This document shows, in pieces, positions 9,140 through 18,617 of a stretch of 64,000 nucleotides of DNA. Origin of the DNA: Armatimonadota bacterium (GTDB lineage Bacteria > Armatimonadota > UBA10988); the NCBI GenBank assembly GCA_016235455.1, contig JACRKZ010000051.1, positions 1-64,000 of the forward strand, in the 5' to 3' direction. Position 1 is the stretch's first letter, and each line of letters starts with the position of its first letter. The translations under genes were made by a program, and so were the position numbers. The notes below the pieces were generated by a model. That model saw only the letters and a program-made list of their open reading frames with translations, was not told the DNA's origin and made no database searches.

Positions 9140-11263
9140 ATGCCGCTCCCTGGCTCCAGACCGGCCAGCGTCCGCTGGTGGTGGTTGCTTGCAGCGGTCG
9201 GCGCGGTCGTGCTCGCCGGCTGCGGCCCGCGTCGGCCGTTGCCCGCCGATGGCGTCTACCGCCTGGATCTCACCTCGCCCAGCACCGAGCCCAGCCTGGC
9301 CAATGTCGGCGTCACGGCGCTGCGGCTGGCAGTCGAGCCAGACGGGCTGCGGCTGCGGCTGGCCTTCGTCAATCGGGGCGGTCAGCGCTTCGGCGTCGAA
9401 GGACCGAGCCAGATCGAACGGGCCACGCTGGTCGACAGCACCGGCCGCGGCTACAGGCCGCGCTCGGTCTCCGCCAACTTGTCGGTGGTCAGCCCGCCCG
9501 ATGGCTTCGCGCCGGGCGCGGCCAATGTGGGCGAGGTAGCCTGGCCCCGACCTCGTTCGGGCGGGCCCTACACGTTACGGGTGCCGGGGTTTATACCCCT
9601 GCTGCTTGAGCCGCGGACACTCTACCGGTCGGCCGCGGCGCTGCCGTCGGGTCAGTTCCGGCTCGATGTGCCTCTGGCCAGCCGGTCGTCGGCGCTGGCC
9701 ATGGTGGAGTTGCGGGTGCGCGGCGTGCGCATCGGCGCCGACGTCCGGCTGGATGTGGCCTTCTGCAACATCACGCGCTCGGGCTGGGCTCTGAACGAAG
9801 GGCCGAGCGGCGCCGACGCGCGCCTGCTCGACGCGGAGGGCACGGCCTTCGCACCGCTGTCGGTCGGGTCGACGCTACGCGCCTCCATCGCGCCGCCCGG
9901 CGGCTGGAAGCCGGGGCAGGAGAATGGTGGCGAACTGGCCTTCCCCCGGCCGGCGATGCCGGGCCCGTGGCGGTTGGTGTTCCCGCACTTCGATGCGCTG
10001 CTGCTGGAGACCGACGGCCAGGGCATCGAGGCTGGCGCGGTGACGGTGAGCGGCGGCGAGAGCGGGCCTGCGCCGCGCACCGACCGTGAGGATGCGGTCT
10101 ACACGCAATTGCTGCGCCTGCTCCAGCGCCAGGCGCGCGCTCTCCTGGCGCCCGACCCGGCGGCCTATTCGGCCACCTTTGCCGGCCGGCTGCGCGAGGG
10201 CCAGAAGCGATTCGCGACGCGCGTGGCCAATCTGCCGCTGGAGAGCTACTCGTTGGAGCCGTCGCCGGACGCCGACCTCAAGCCCGGCGCGGGCGGCAAG
10301 CTCAAGGGTGTGTCGGTGGTGGTGCGCTACCGGTTGCGCGGCGTGCCGCCGGACAACGAGTTCGTCAACTCGCTACGCTACGACTTCGAGCCCGCGAGTG
10401 GCGGGGCGGGTGCCGAGTGGCTGGTGTGCGGCGTCGATGCCGACCGCAACGCTCCGTTCTGGCAACTGGGGCCGGTGGAGGTGCGCGACACGCAGCACTT
10501 CTTGCTGCTCACGCGGCCCGCGAGCCCCGCGACGCGGGCCACGCTGGCGAGCGAGACCGAAGCTGCCTACGCCCGGCTGCAGGCGCTGGGCTTGCCGCTG
10601 GCCGAGCGGTATGTGGGCCATGTGACCGCCACCCAGGCCGAGTTTGGCAGCCTGGCCGGCCGCGACTCCAGCACCGCTGGCGTGGCCACCTGGCGCTACG
10701 ACATCGCCAGCGACCGGGTCAAGGTCTACAGCCGTACCTTCTACCTGAATGGCGCCGCGCTCAGCCGCAGCGGCGCGGTGCCCGGCGAGCGCCGGACCAC
10801 CATCGTCCATGAGTTGGTGCATCTGGCCCTGGCCGACGACACGCGGCCGGTGACGCCGCCCTGGGTGACCGAGGGCATGGCGGTGCACTTCTCGGGCGAG
10901 ACCACGGCCGAGGCCCGGCGGCAGCTCGTGGTCAGTGGGCTCGACCGGGTGAACCTGAAGATGCTGACACGCAGCGAGCGACTTGGTCTGCCGCGCAGCG
11001 GTTTGCCCGACGATCCGCGCCAGGCTCGTTTTGAGTATGATTACGCGGGTCTGGCCATCGGCTACCTGATGAGTGCGGTCGGGCGCGAGGCGGTGCTGGC
11101 TTTCTACCGCGCCTTCCGCGAGTTGCCCGTGGACGCCGAAGGCAAGACCCCCGACCGCCGCGCCGACGCTACGGAGCAGGTGCTCAAGGCGCACTTCGGC
11201 CGCGACCTGGCCACGCTGGACAGTGAGGTCAAGCAGTGGCTGCGCCAGGGCGGCGGCGACTGA
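9140..11263 (+). CDS. Lipoprotein with two Ig-like (DUF4352-like) repeats and a C-terminal peptidase MA-like zinc metalloprotease domain
   Basis: Lipobox VLAGC; repeated LxDxxGxxYxPxSV...PGxxNxGExAxPRP units; HELVH followed by PPWVTEGMA. Start uncertain (9071, 9114 or 9140). Confidence 0.75.
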   Translation: MPLPGSRPASVRWWWLLAAVGAVVLAGCGPRRPLPADGVYRLDLTSPSTEPSLANVGVTALRLAVEPDGLRLRLAFVNRGGQRFGVEGPSQIERATLVDSTGRGYRPRSVSANLSVVSPPDGFAPGAANVGEVAWPRPRSGGPYTLRVPGFIPLLLEPRTLYRSAAALPSGQFRLDVPLASRSSALAMVELRVRGVRIGADVRLDVAFCNITRSGWALNEGPSGADARLLDAEGTAFAPLSVGSTLRASIAPPGGWKPGQENGGELAFPRPAMPGPWRLVFPHFDALLLETDGQGIEAGAVTVSGGESGPAPRTDREDAVYTQLLRLLQRQARALLAPDPAAYSATFAGRLREGQKRFATRVANLPLESYSLEPSPDADLKPGAGGKLKGVSVVVRYRLRGVPPDNEFVNSLRYDFEPASGGAGAEWLVCGVDADRNAPFWQLGPVEVRDTQHFLLLTRPASPATRATLASETEAAYARLQALGLPLAERYVGHVTATQAEFGSLAGRDSSTAGVATWRYDIASDRVKVYSRTFYLNGAALSRSGAVPGERRTTIVHELVHLALADDTRPVTPPWVTEGMAVHFSGETTAEARRQLVVSGLDRVNLKMLTRSERLGLPRSGLPDDPRQARFEYDYAGLAIGYLMSAVGREAVLAFYRAFRELPVDAEGKTPDRRADATEQVLKAHFGRDLATLDSEVKQWLRQGGGD

Positions 11264-11282
11264 CCACGAGGAGCGACCCACC

Positions 11283-12302
11283 ATGGCCCAGCGTGTGATC
11301 GACCTGCGCAGCGACACGGTGACCCGGCCCGACGCGGCCATGCTGGCCGCCATGGCCGCCGCCGAACTGGGCGACGACGGACAGGAGGGCGACCCCACCA
11401 CGCGGCGCTTGCAGGAGCGGGCCGCTGAGCTGATGGGCAAGGAGGCGGCGTTGTTCGTGCCGTCGGGCACCATGGCCAACCTGCTGGCCATGCTCTGCCA
11501 GACCTCGCCCGGCGACGAGATGGTGCTGGAGCGGGGCGCGCACGTCTACAACTTCGAGTTCAACGGCCTCGGTGCCCTGGCCGGTCTGGTCGCGGTGCCG
11601 CTCGACGGTCGGCGGGGCCACCTGAGCGCCGAGTCGGTGCGGTCGCGGCTCGCGGCCGATGTGCCGCGCGGGCCGGGGCCGACGTTGTTGTGGCTGGAGA
11701 ACACCGCCAACCTGGCTGGCGGCACTGTGCAGACCGTGGCTGAGACCGCCCAAGTGGCCGAGGTGGCACACGCGGCCGGCATGAGGGTCCACCTCGACGG
11801 CGCGCGCGTGCTCAATGCGGCGACCGCCTTGGGCTGTTCGCCAGCGGATCTGTGCGCCGACGTTGACACTGTGGGTTTCTGTTTGTCCAAGGGTTTGGGC
11901 TGCCCCGTGGGCTCGCTGCTGTGCGGGCCGGCGGAGCTGATCGAGCGCGCCTGGTCGCGCCGACGGCAACTGGGCGGGTCGCTGCGCCAGAGCGGCATTC
12001 TGGCCGCCGCGGGGCTGGTGGCGCTGGACACGCGCATCGCGCGCCTGGCCGACGACCATGCCAATGCGCGGTGGCTGGCCGAGCGGCTGGCCGGCCTGCC
12101 GGGTATCGATCTCGACCCGGCGCAGGTCGAGACGAACATCGTGTGGTTCGCCTGCGCCGACCAGGACTGGCCGCGGCGGTGCCGTGAGGCCGGGGTGCTG
12201 ATCAGCGGGCTGCCCGACGGCCGTTGCCGCTGCGTCACCCATGCCGATGTCAGCGCGGCCGACGTGGCCGAGGCGTCAGAGCGCATGCGCGCCTGCCTGT
12301 AG
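11283..12302 (+). CDS. ltaE: Low-specificity L-threonine aldolase (PLP-dependent), 339 aa
   Basis: IDLRSDTVTRP, FVPSGTMAN, HLDGAR, CLSKGLGCPVGS; SD gaggag. Confidence 0.9.
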   Translation: MAQRVIDLRSDTVTRPDAAMLAAMAAAELGDDGQEGDPTTRRLQERAAELMGKEAALFVPSGTMANLLAMLCQTSPGDEMVLERGAHVYNFEFNGLGALAGLVAVPLDGRRGHLSAESVRSRLAADVPRGPGPTLLWLENTANLAGGTVQTVAETAQVAEVAHAAGMRVHLDGARVLNAATALGCSPADLCADVDTVGFCLSKGLGCPVGSLLCGPAELIERAWSRRRQLGGSLRQSGILAAAGLVALDTRIARLADDHANARWLAERLAGLPGIDLDPAQVETNIVWFACADQDWPRRCREAGVLISGLPDGRCRCVTHADVSAADVAEASERMRACL

Positions 12303-12335
12303 GGTGGGCGCGGTTGGTCTAGATGAGCTGGGGAA

Positions 12336-14078
12336 GTGGTAGTGAGTGCAACAAGCGGACCGCGGCGGTTGGGCGACATCCTGGTGCAGCGCGGCGCGGT
12401 GACGCCGGAGCAGGTCGGCGATGCGGTCGACATGCAGGCCGACGACCGCACCAAGCGGCTGGGCGACGTGCTGGTGGGGCTGGGGCACGCGTCCAGCGCC
12501 GACATCGCCGCGGCGCTGGCCGACCAATACGGCCTGCCGCTGCGCGGGCTGCGTGAGAGCGACCTCGAACCGGCCGTGACGAGGCTGGTGCCAGCCGAGT
12601 TGGCCTTCCGGCATCAGGTGTTGCCGCTGGGCCGCACGGGCGACCTGCTGGTCGTGGCCATGGCCGATCCCACCAACCTCACCGCGCTCGACGACCTGCG
12701 CTTCGTCACCGGTCTGCGGGTGGAGACGGTGGTGGCCGACGCCGAGGAGGTGCGGCGGCTGGTCGAGGACCAGTACCTGCATCAGGTCATGGGCGCGGGC
12801 GACAGCGATGACGTGCAGGTGCTCAGCGAAGACGATGACGGCGACCTGTCCGACGTGCAATCCATGGCGCGCGAGGCCCTGGTGGTGCGGCTGGTCAACC
12901 TGCTGCTGCGCCAGGCCGTGGCCGAACGCGCGTCGGACATCCACATCGAGCCGTTCGAACGCGAACTGGTGGTGCGGCTGCGCATCGACGGGGTGCTGCG
13001 CGACGTGCCGGCGCCCAGCAAGCGGCTGCAGGCGGCGATCATCTCGCGCGTGAAGATCATGGCCGAGATGGACATCGCCGAGCGGCGCCTGCCCCAGGAC
13101 GGCCGCATCAAGGTGCGCGTCGAAGGCCGCGAGATCGACCTGCGCATCTCCACCGTGCCCACGCTGTACGGCGAGAGCGTGGTCATGCGCCTGCTCGACC
13201 GCGACACGGGGCTGATGAGCCTGGAGGGTCTGGGCTTCCCCGAGGCCACCCGGGCGCGGTTTGAGAAGCTGCTCAAGACGCCGTACGGCATCCTGCTGTC
13301 CACCGGGCCAACGGGCTCGGGCAAGACGACCACGTTGTATGGCGCACTCCAGCAGGTGGTCTCACCGACGCGCAAGGTCATCACCATCGAGGATCCGGTG
13401 GAGTACCAGCTCCACGGCGTCAACCAGATCGCCGTGCGGCCGCGCATCGGCCTGACCTTCGCCGAGGGTCTGCGCCACATTCTGCGCCAGGATCCCGATG
13501 TCATCATGGTCGGCGAGATCCGCGACCACGAGACCGCCGACATCGCCATCCACTCGGCCCTGACCGGCCATCTTGTATTCAGCACGCTGCACACCAACGA
13601 CAGTGCCGGCGCCATCGCGCGGCTGCTGGACATGGGCATCGAGCCGTTCCTCGTGGCCAGCAGCCTCGAAGGCGTGCTGGCGCAGCGGCTGGTGCGGCGG
13701 CTGTGCCCGGCCTGCAAGCGGGCCTACGAGGCCAGCGACGCCGAGTTGTCCGACCTGGGCCCGTTGCGCTCCTGGCTGCGCGGCGTGGAGCTCTATGCGC
13801 CCGCCGGCTGCGACGAGTGCCGCGGCACCGGCTACCGCGGTCGCGTCGGCCTGTATGAGCTGCTGGTCGTTGACGAGGCCGTACAGGAACTGATCCTGCG
13901 GCGTGCGTCGTCCCAGGAGATCAAGGAATCAGCGCAGTCGCGCGGGCTGGTGACGCTCCGTGAGGAGGGCTGGCAGAAGGTCCTCGACGGCATCACCAGC
14001 CTCGAGGAAGTGACGCGGGTGACCCATGAGGACGAAGCGGCCATGGGCGTCGGCGACGATGCGCGCGGCGGCGAGTGA
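12336..14078 (+). CDS. gspE: GspE/PulE/PilB-family assembly ATPase with N-terminal MshEN domain, 580 aa
   Basis: Tandem RLGDILVQRG...Q and RLGDVLVGLG...Q; ASDIHIEP; GPTGSGKTTT; IEDPVE; LRQDPDVIMVGEIRD; CPAC...CDEC. Confidence 0.93.
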   Translation: MVVSATSGPRRLGDILVQRGAVTPEQVGDAVDMQADDRTKRLGDVLVGLGHASSADIAAALADQYGLPLRGLRESDLEPAVTRLVPAELAFRHQVLPLGRTGDLLVVAMADPTNLTALDDLRFVTGLRVETVVADAEEVRRLVEDQYLHQVMGAGDSDDVQVLSEDDDGDLSDVQSMAREALVVRLVNLLLRQAVAERASDIHIEPFERELVVRLRIDGVLRDVPAPSKRLQAAIISRVKIMAEMDIAERRLPQDGRIKVRVEGREIDLRISTVPTLYGESVVMRLLDRDTGLMSLEGLGFPEATRARFEKLLKTPYGILLSTGPTGSGKTTTLYGALQQVVSPTRKVITIEDPVEYQLHGVNQIAVRPRIGLTFAEGLRHILRQDPDVIMVGEIRDHETADIAIHSALTGHLVFSTLHTNDSAGAIARLLDMGIEPFLVASSLEGVLAQRLVRRLCPACKRAYEASDAELSDLGPLRSWLRGVELYAPAGCDECRGTGYRGRVGLYELLVVDEAVQELILRRASSQEIKESAQSRGLVTLREEGWQKVLDGITSLEEVTRVTHEDEAAMGVGDDARGGE

Positions 14079-14215
14079 AGACGCCGCGCGAACTTGACGT
14101 TCTTGTAGCCGACGCGTAATGCGCGGGCCTCGCGGGCGCGCTATAATGCGGGCATGGGGCATGGGACGATGCCCCGCACATCACAGTGACAACGGCTGGT
14201 TGAGGAGATAGCACC

Positions 14216-14923
14216 ATGCGCAAGCAGCGGCCCTGGTATCACAAGAGTGTGCTGATGATGGCCCCCGGCGCCTTGGTGGCGCTGTTCGCCATGAGCTCGA
14301 TTGTGCTGCCCGTGGGCTCTGATGGGCTGGGTAGCCAGGCGACGACGCCGCTGGCGGCCTGGGCCTGTGATATCCACGACGGCTTCTGGCAGGGCGGCCT
14401 GCAGAGCCTGCTGATGACCGACACGAGCGATCCCGAGCATCGGCGCGCGCGGCAGCTCTGCCTGCTGGGCGATGCGGACGAGGCCATGGCGCTCTACCAT
14501 CGCATCGGTGTGCGCTCGATCGCTGACTATGAGGCCATCTACTCGCTCAATGAGCGGCTCGTGATGGACGCCAAGTGGGATGTCGCCGAGCGCACGGCCG
14601 TTGCCAGCGACAAGCTGCTCCGCTCGGGCCTGCTGCGCAACAATCTGGCCTGGCACTACACGCAGGCCAACCTGCGCCCGGCTCAGGCACTGAACTTGGC
14701 GCTGGCCAGCGTGGCGGACGCCCGCGACGTGTGCAACGTCGACACCTTGGCCTGGGCCTACTACCGCGACGGCCAACTGGCCGTGGCGCGCGGCGTGGCC
14801 AAGGAGACGCTGGCCTTCCCGGCGACCTCCGGCCTGCGCGGTGGCAACACCGAGCGCGCCAAGGAGAGCAGCCGTCGGCTGATGGCGCTGATTGACGCGG
14901 CGGCGCGGCGGCCAGCCAAGTAG
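14216..14923 (+). CDS. N-terminally anchored or secreted TPR-like hypothetical protein, 235 aa
   Basis: Hydrophobic N-terminal segment; TPR-like NNLAWHY and DTLAWAYYRDG; SD gaggag; TATAAT at 14142-14147. Confidence 0.75.
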   Translation: MRKQRPWYHKSVLMMAPGALVALFAMSSIVLPVGSDGLGSQATTPLAAWACDIHDGFWQGGLQSLLMTDTSDPEHRRARQLCLLGDADEAMALYHRIGVRSIADYEAIYSLNERLVMDAKWDVAERTAVASDKLLRSGLLRNNLAWHYTQANLRPAQALNLALASVADARDVCNVDTLAWAYYRDGQLAVARGVAKETLAFPATSGLRGGNTERAKESSRRLMALIDAAARRPAK

Positions 14924-14946
14924 TTCGCACCACGGAAGGATTGGCG

Positions 14947-14981
14947 GAGCCGAGGGGCGAACCTCGTCCCTCGGCTCTTTT
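14947..14981 (+). terminator. Rho-independent terminator directly upstream of gspF
   Basis: 14-bp stem gagccgaggggcga-acc-tcgtccctcggctc followed by tttt. Confidence 0.7.
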
Positions 14982-14998
14982 GCGTGGGGACGTCGCTC

Positions 14999-16222
14999 GT
15001 GCCGGTCTATCAGTACGAAGCCATCGACAAGTCGGGCGCCGCCGTGACCGGCACGGTCAGTGCGGCGGACGAGCGCGCCGCGCTGGGCGAGGTGCGCGAC
15101 CTGGGCCTGCATCCGATGGGCGTGCGACAGACGGCAGGCGGTGCCGAGCGAGCGGCGGAGGCGCCCGATCGCAAGCGGCGTGGACGGCGCGTCAAGCTGG
15201 CCGACCTGACGCTGTTCACCCGGCAGTTGGCCAATCTGGTCAAGGGCGGCCTGCCGATGATGGCCACCCTCGACGCGCTCATTGAGAACGCGGACAATGC
15301 GCGCCTCCACGCTGTGCTGTCCGAGGTGCGCACGGCGGTGTCCGGCGGTAGTTCACTGCATGAGGCGCTGACCGAGCACCCCAAGGAGTTCTCGGCGCTG
15401 TACGTCAGCCTGGTGCAGGCCGGCGAGGCCTCGGGCGAACTGGCGGCGGTGCTTGAGCGGCTGGCGGGCTTCCTGGAGCAGGACCTGGAGCGCCGCGCGC
15501 AGATCACGGCCGCGCTGGCCTATCCCGTCCTGCTGATGGTCGCCGGTAGCCTCATCGTCTTCGTGCTGGTCACTTTCCTCATCCCCAAGTTCTCCGCCAT
15601 GTTCAGCGACTTCGACCGGGCGCTGCCGTTCGTCACGCAGGTCGTGCTGGGCGTGGCCGGGTTCATGAGCCACTACTGGTGGGCGCTGATCGGCCTGGCC
15701 ATCGCGCTGCTGTTGGGCCATCGCCAGTGGCTGCGTACCGCCACGGGCCGGCTGATCTGGGACCGCTGGCGGCTGCACTGGCCCATGTTGGGCCGCTTGA
15801 TGGAACGCGCGGCCACCGCGCGGCTGGCGCGCACGCTGTCGACGCTGCTGCGCGGCGGCGTGAACATCCTCGATGCGCTGGAGATGATGGAAGGCGTGGT
15901 CGACAACGCCTACCTGGCCGAGGGGCTGCGGCAGGTGCGCGCGGGCGTACGCGAGGGTGAGAGCCTGGGTCTGCAGACGAGGGCCACGGGCCGCTTCCCT
16001 GGTCTGCTGGCGCAGATGATGCTGGTCGGCGAGCAGACGGGCGATGTGGACGGCGCCCTCAATACCGTGGCCGACGCCTTCGACGTCGAGGTGTCCACCT
16101 CGCTCAAGGGGCTTGTGGCCATCATCGAGCCGCTGATTATCCTGGTCATGGGCAGCGTCGTCGGCGTCGTCATTTACGCCGTACTGATCCCGATCTTCCA
16201 GATGAACCAAGGGGTCAACTGA
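14999..16222 (+). CDS. gspF: GspF/PilC-family inner-membrane platform protein, about 407 aa
   Basis: GTG start giving MPVYQYEAID; FTRQLA; GEASGEL; ALAYP; VGEQTGD; IIEPLIIL...PIFQM. Confidence 0.93.
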   Translation: MPVYQYEAIDKSGAAVTGTVSAADERAALGEVRDLGLHPMGVRQTAGGAERAAEAPDRKRRGRRVKLADLTLFTRQLANLVKGGLPMMATLDALIENADNARLHAVLSEVRTAVSGGSSLHEALTEHPKEFSALYVSLVQAGEASGELAAVLERLAGFLEQDLERRAQITAALAYPVLLMVAGSLIVFVLVTFLIPKFSAMFSDFDRALPFVTQVVLGVAGFMSHYWWALIGLAIALLLGHRQWLRTATGRLIWDRWRLHWPMLGRLMERAATARLARTLSTLLRGGVNILDALEMMEGVVDNAYLAEGLRQVRAGVREGESLGLQTRATGRFPGLLAQMMLVGEQTGDVDGALNTVADAFDVEVSTSLKGLVAIIEPLIILVMGSVVGVVIYAVLIPIFQMNQGVN

Positions 16223-16238
16223 CGCGAGGAGCGCCGCA

Positions 16239-17492
16239 GTGAGGTACTTGGCGGTCGTGCTTATGCTGTCCGTCGCTGCCTGCTCGCAGCCACCGGCCAC
16301 GCGGTCCGGCGAGGTGCTGCTGGTGGGCCGAGCCATCATCGCCGACGCGGGCGAAGGGCTGCTGCGGGTCGGCGTGACCAGCGCGCGCGGCGCGCGTGGC
16401 GCGGCAAGAGCGCTGGATCCACCTGCCACGGTGGACCTGCGGCTCAGTCTCTTCGGCCGGCCACCGTGTCTTACTCGCACCGACACCGCAAGCCTGTTGC
16501 GGCAGGTGACCGCCGGCGCCGGCGTGACCATGGTAGTGGCCAAGGCGGATCCGGCCGTGCCGGCGATGCTGGCGGTGCTGGACCTGGCGATCGACGGCCA
16601 ACCGGCGTTGGGTCGGCCCAAGCCGCCGTGGCCCAACCTGCGCGATTCCACCGCTGGCGACGAACCCACGGTGCCGATCCTGTTCCCAGTGCTGGAGGAT
16701 GCCGACTGGCACGATACCTGGCTCAAGCCGCTCTTTGGCAACCTCCATACCGGCCAGGATCTGCGCGGGCCGCGCATGACACCGCTGGTGGCCTGCTTCG
16801 GCGGAGTGGTCTGGCTCGAACCCAAGGCTGACCCGCTGGCGGCCAACAGTCTGGTCATCCTCGGTGACGCTGGCTGGGAAGCGCTCTACGCGCACCTCAA
16901 CAACGACACACCCGGCACCACCGACAATGCCGCGTCGCGCGACTACGCCTTCGCGCCAGGCATCGAGAACGGCGCGCGCGTGGTGCCGGGCCAGGTGGTT
17001 GGCTGGATGGGCGACAGTGGATTCGCCACGGGGCCGCACCTGCACTTTGAGTTGCGCGGACCCGACAAGCAGGTTCACACCGCCGCGCCGTCGCTGCGCG
17101 CCGCGCGCCATCTCGTCGAGCCCGCGCGCGTCGCGGTCTGGCCGGCGCTGCGGCCGGCCCCGGGTCAGGTGCGTCTGGACGGCATCGTCAAGTCGGTGAA
17201 TGTCGGTGCTCGACGGCTCTATCTGGGCGTGCGCTACCGCAACGGCGTGCCGCTCAGCGGGCCGCTCTACGTTGTCATCGGCCTGGGCGACGACGCAGCC
17301 ATCCGCATCCGCGGCGAAGGCACGATGGAGCTGTCGCTGGCCCAACTGACCCCTGGCTCGGCGGTGGCCGTGGTAGCCGATCCCGGCCTCGTCGCTCCCA
17401 CGGCACGTGAGATCTGGCTCGAGCGCCAGGGCCTCGTTGTTGACGAAACGTTTCGGTCGACCGTGGACGCGCTGGCCCGCGCTGGTGCATAA
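16239..17492 (+). CDS. Lipoprotein M23-family zinc metallopeptidase with extra N- and C-terminal domains, 417 aa
   Basis: Lipobox VAAC; HTGQDL; YAHLNND; GDSGFATGPHLHFELR. Confidence 0.85.
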   Translation: MRYLAVVLMLSVAACSQPPATRSGEVLLVGRAIIADAGEGLLRVGVTSARGARGAARALDPPATVDLRLSLFGRPPCLTRTDTASLLRQVTAGAGVTMVVAKADPAVPAMLAVLDLAIDGQPALGRPKPPWPNLRDSTAGDEPTVPILFPVLEDADWHDTWLKPLFGNLHTGQDLRGPRMTPLVACFGGVVWLEPKADPLAANSLVILGDAGWEALYAHLNNDTPGTTDNAASRDYAFAPGIENGARVVPGQVVGWMGDSGFATGPHLHFELRGPDKQVHTAAPSLRAARHLVEPARVAVWPALRPAPGQVRLDGIVKSVNVGARRLYLGVRYRNGVPLSGPLYVVIGLGDDAAIRIRGEGTMELSLAQLTPGSAVAVVADPGLVAPTAREIWLERQGLVVDETFRSTVDALARAGA

Positions 17493-17515
17493 TCGGGCAG
17501 GCAAGAGGGAAGTTG

Positions 17516-18196
17516 ATGCCATCGTTGGTGAGCGCCTATTTCGACTGGCTGGCCCAGCTCTACGACGAGACGACGGCGGCCTGCAAATGGTCGGCGCCGC
17601 GCTATCTGGCCGAGGCTGGACTGCGGCTGGTGGTGCCGGGCGACTGGGTGCTCGATCTGGGCGTCGGCACGGGGCAGAGCGCCGAGGCGTTCCTGGCCCG
17701 TGGCTGCTGCGTCGCCGGGCTGGACTTCTCACCGCTCATGTTGGCCGAAGCGCGCCGCAAACACCGTTCGTTGGTGCTGGCCCAGGCCGACCTCGACTGC
17801 CCGCACGGCTGGCCCGTGGCCGAAGGGGCGTTCCATCTGGCCATCTCGTCGGGTGTCTACGAGTGTCTACTGGACCCGGTCGGGTTCATCGCGCGGGCCA
17901 AGACCGCCTTGCGACCCGGCGGGTACCTGGTCTTCACCTTTGACGAGTTCGTGCCGGGCCATCCGGTGCAGGGCGTGCGCGTGGGCCGCGCCGACAGCGG
18001 CATTGACAACCCGGTGGCCGATCTGGCGGGCTGGAAGCTGCGCCGGCATAGCCTGGATCGGGTGCAGGTCTGGCTGGCCGAGCACGGCTTTGAGTTCCTG
18101 GGCGAGACGCAGATCGAGGCGGACATCCACTCAGCGTTCGACGTGCCCATTTACTACCGGCTGGTGGTGGCGAAGCTGGTCACCCACCGCGCTTGA
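17516..18196 (+). CDS. Class I SAM-dependent methyltransferase
   Basis: VLDLGVGTG, GLDFSPLML, LRPGGYLVF. Confidence 0.9.
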   Translation: MPSLVSAYFDWLAQLYDETTAACKWSAPRYLAEAGLRLVVPGDWVLDLGVGTGQSAEAFLARGCCVAGLDFSPLMLAEARRKHRSLVLAQADLDCPHGWPVAEGAFHLAISSGVYECLLDPVGFIARAKTALRPGGYLVFTFDEFVPGHPVQGVRVGRADSGIDNPVADLAGWKLRRHSLDRVQVWLAEHGFEFLGETQIEADIHSAFDVPIYYRLVVAKLVTHRA

Positions 18197-18617
18197 GCAC
18201 CGAGGCCAGCACGCGCACCTCACCGTCGGGCAGGCCGGTGGCCTCGGCCACATCCTCGACGCCTTCGCCCGCCATCAGTCGCCGGCGCGCGTCTTGTCGA
18301 GCCGCTGAACTGGCCTGCTCGGTGCCATCGGCAGCGGGCTCGGCCTCGGGGCCAGTGAGGCTGGACTGAAATTGCAGCCGAGTCAGGCGCGCCACCAGGT
18401 CACTGACGTTGGCGGTCTGCTGGGCCAGCCGCGCGTGCTCCGCGGCCCACTCGGCGGCCAGGCGCTTGAACGGCCCTTCGAGCCCGCGGCTCAGCGCCTC
18501 GAAGTCGGGCGTGCGGGCCGGCTCGCGAGCGCCGCGGCGCAGCAGCGCCAGGATCCAGACGAGCATGGCAATCTGGACGACGGCGAGCAGGATGTAGGTC
18601 AGCTCGGCGGGCTTCAT
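18180..18617 (-). CDS. Flagellar-operon membrane protein with C-terminal HTH-like motif (DUF2802/DUF6115-like), 145 aa
   Basis: N-terminal transmembrane helix, coiled coil, GEGVEDVAEATGLPDGEVRVL; start overlaps the fliA stop. Confidence 0.7.
   Translation of the reverse strand: MKPAELTYILLAVVQIAMLVWILALLRRGAREPARTPDFEALSRGLEGPFKRLAAEWAAEHARLAQQTANVSDLVARLTRLQFQSSLTGPEAEPAADGTEQASSAARQDARRRLMAGEGVEDVAEATGLPDGEVRVLASVLKRGG

Noticed and set aside
8047-9609. 520-aa plus-strand ORF
   Set aside because: Antisense to the third prepilin-like gene and out of frame with the lipoprotein; no motifs.
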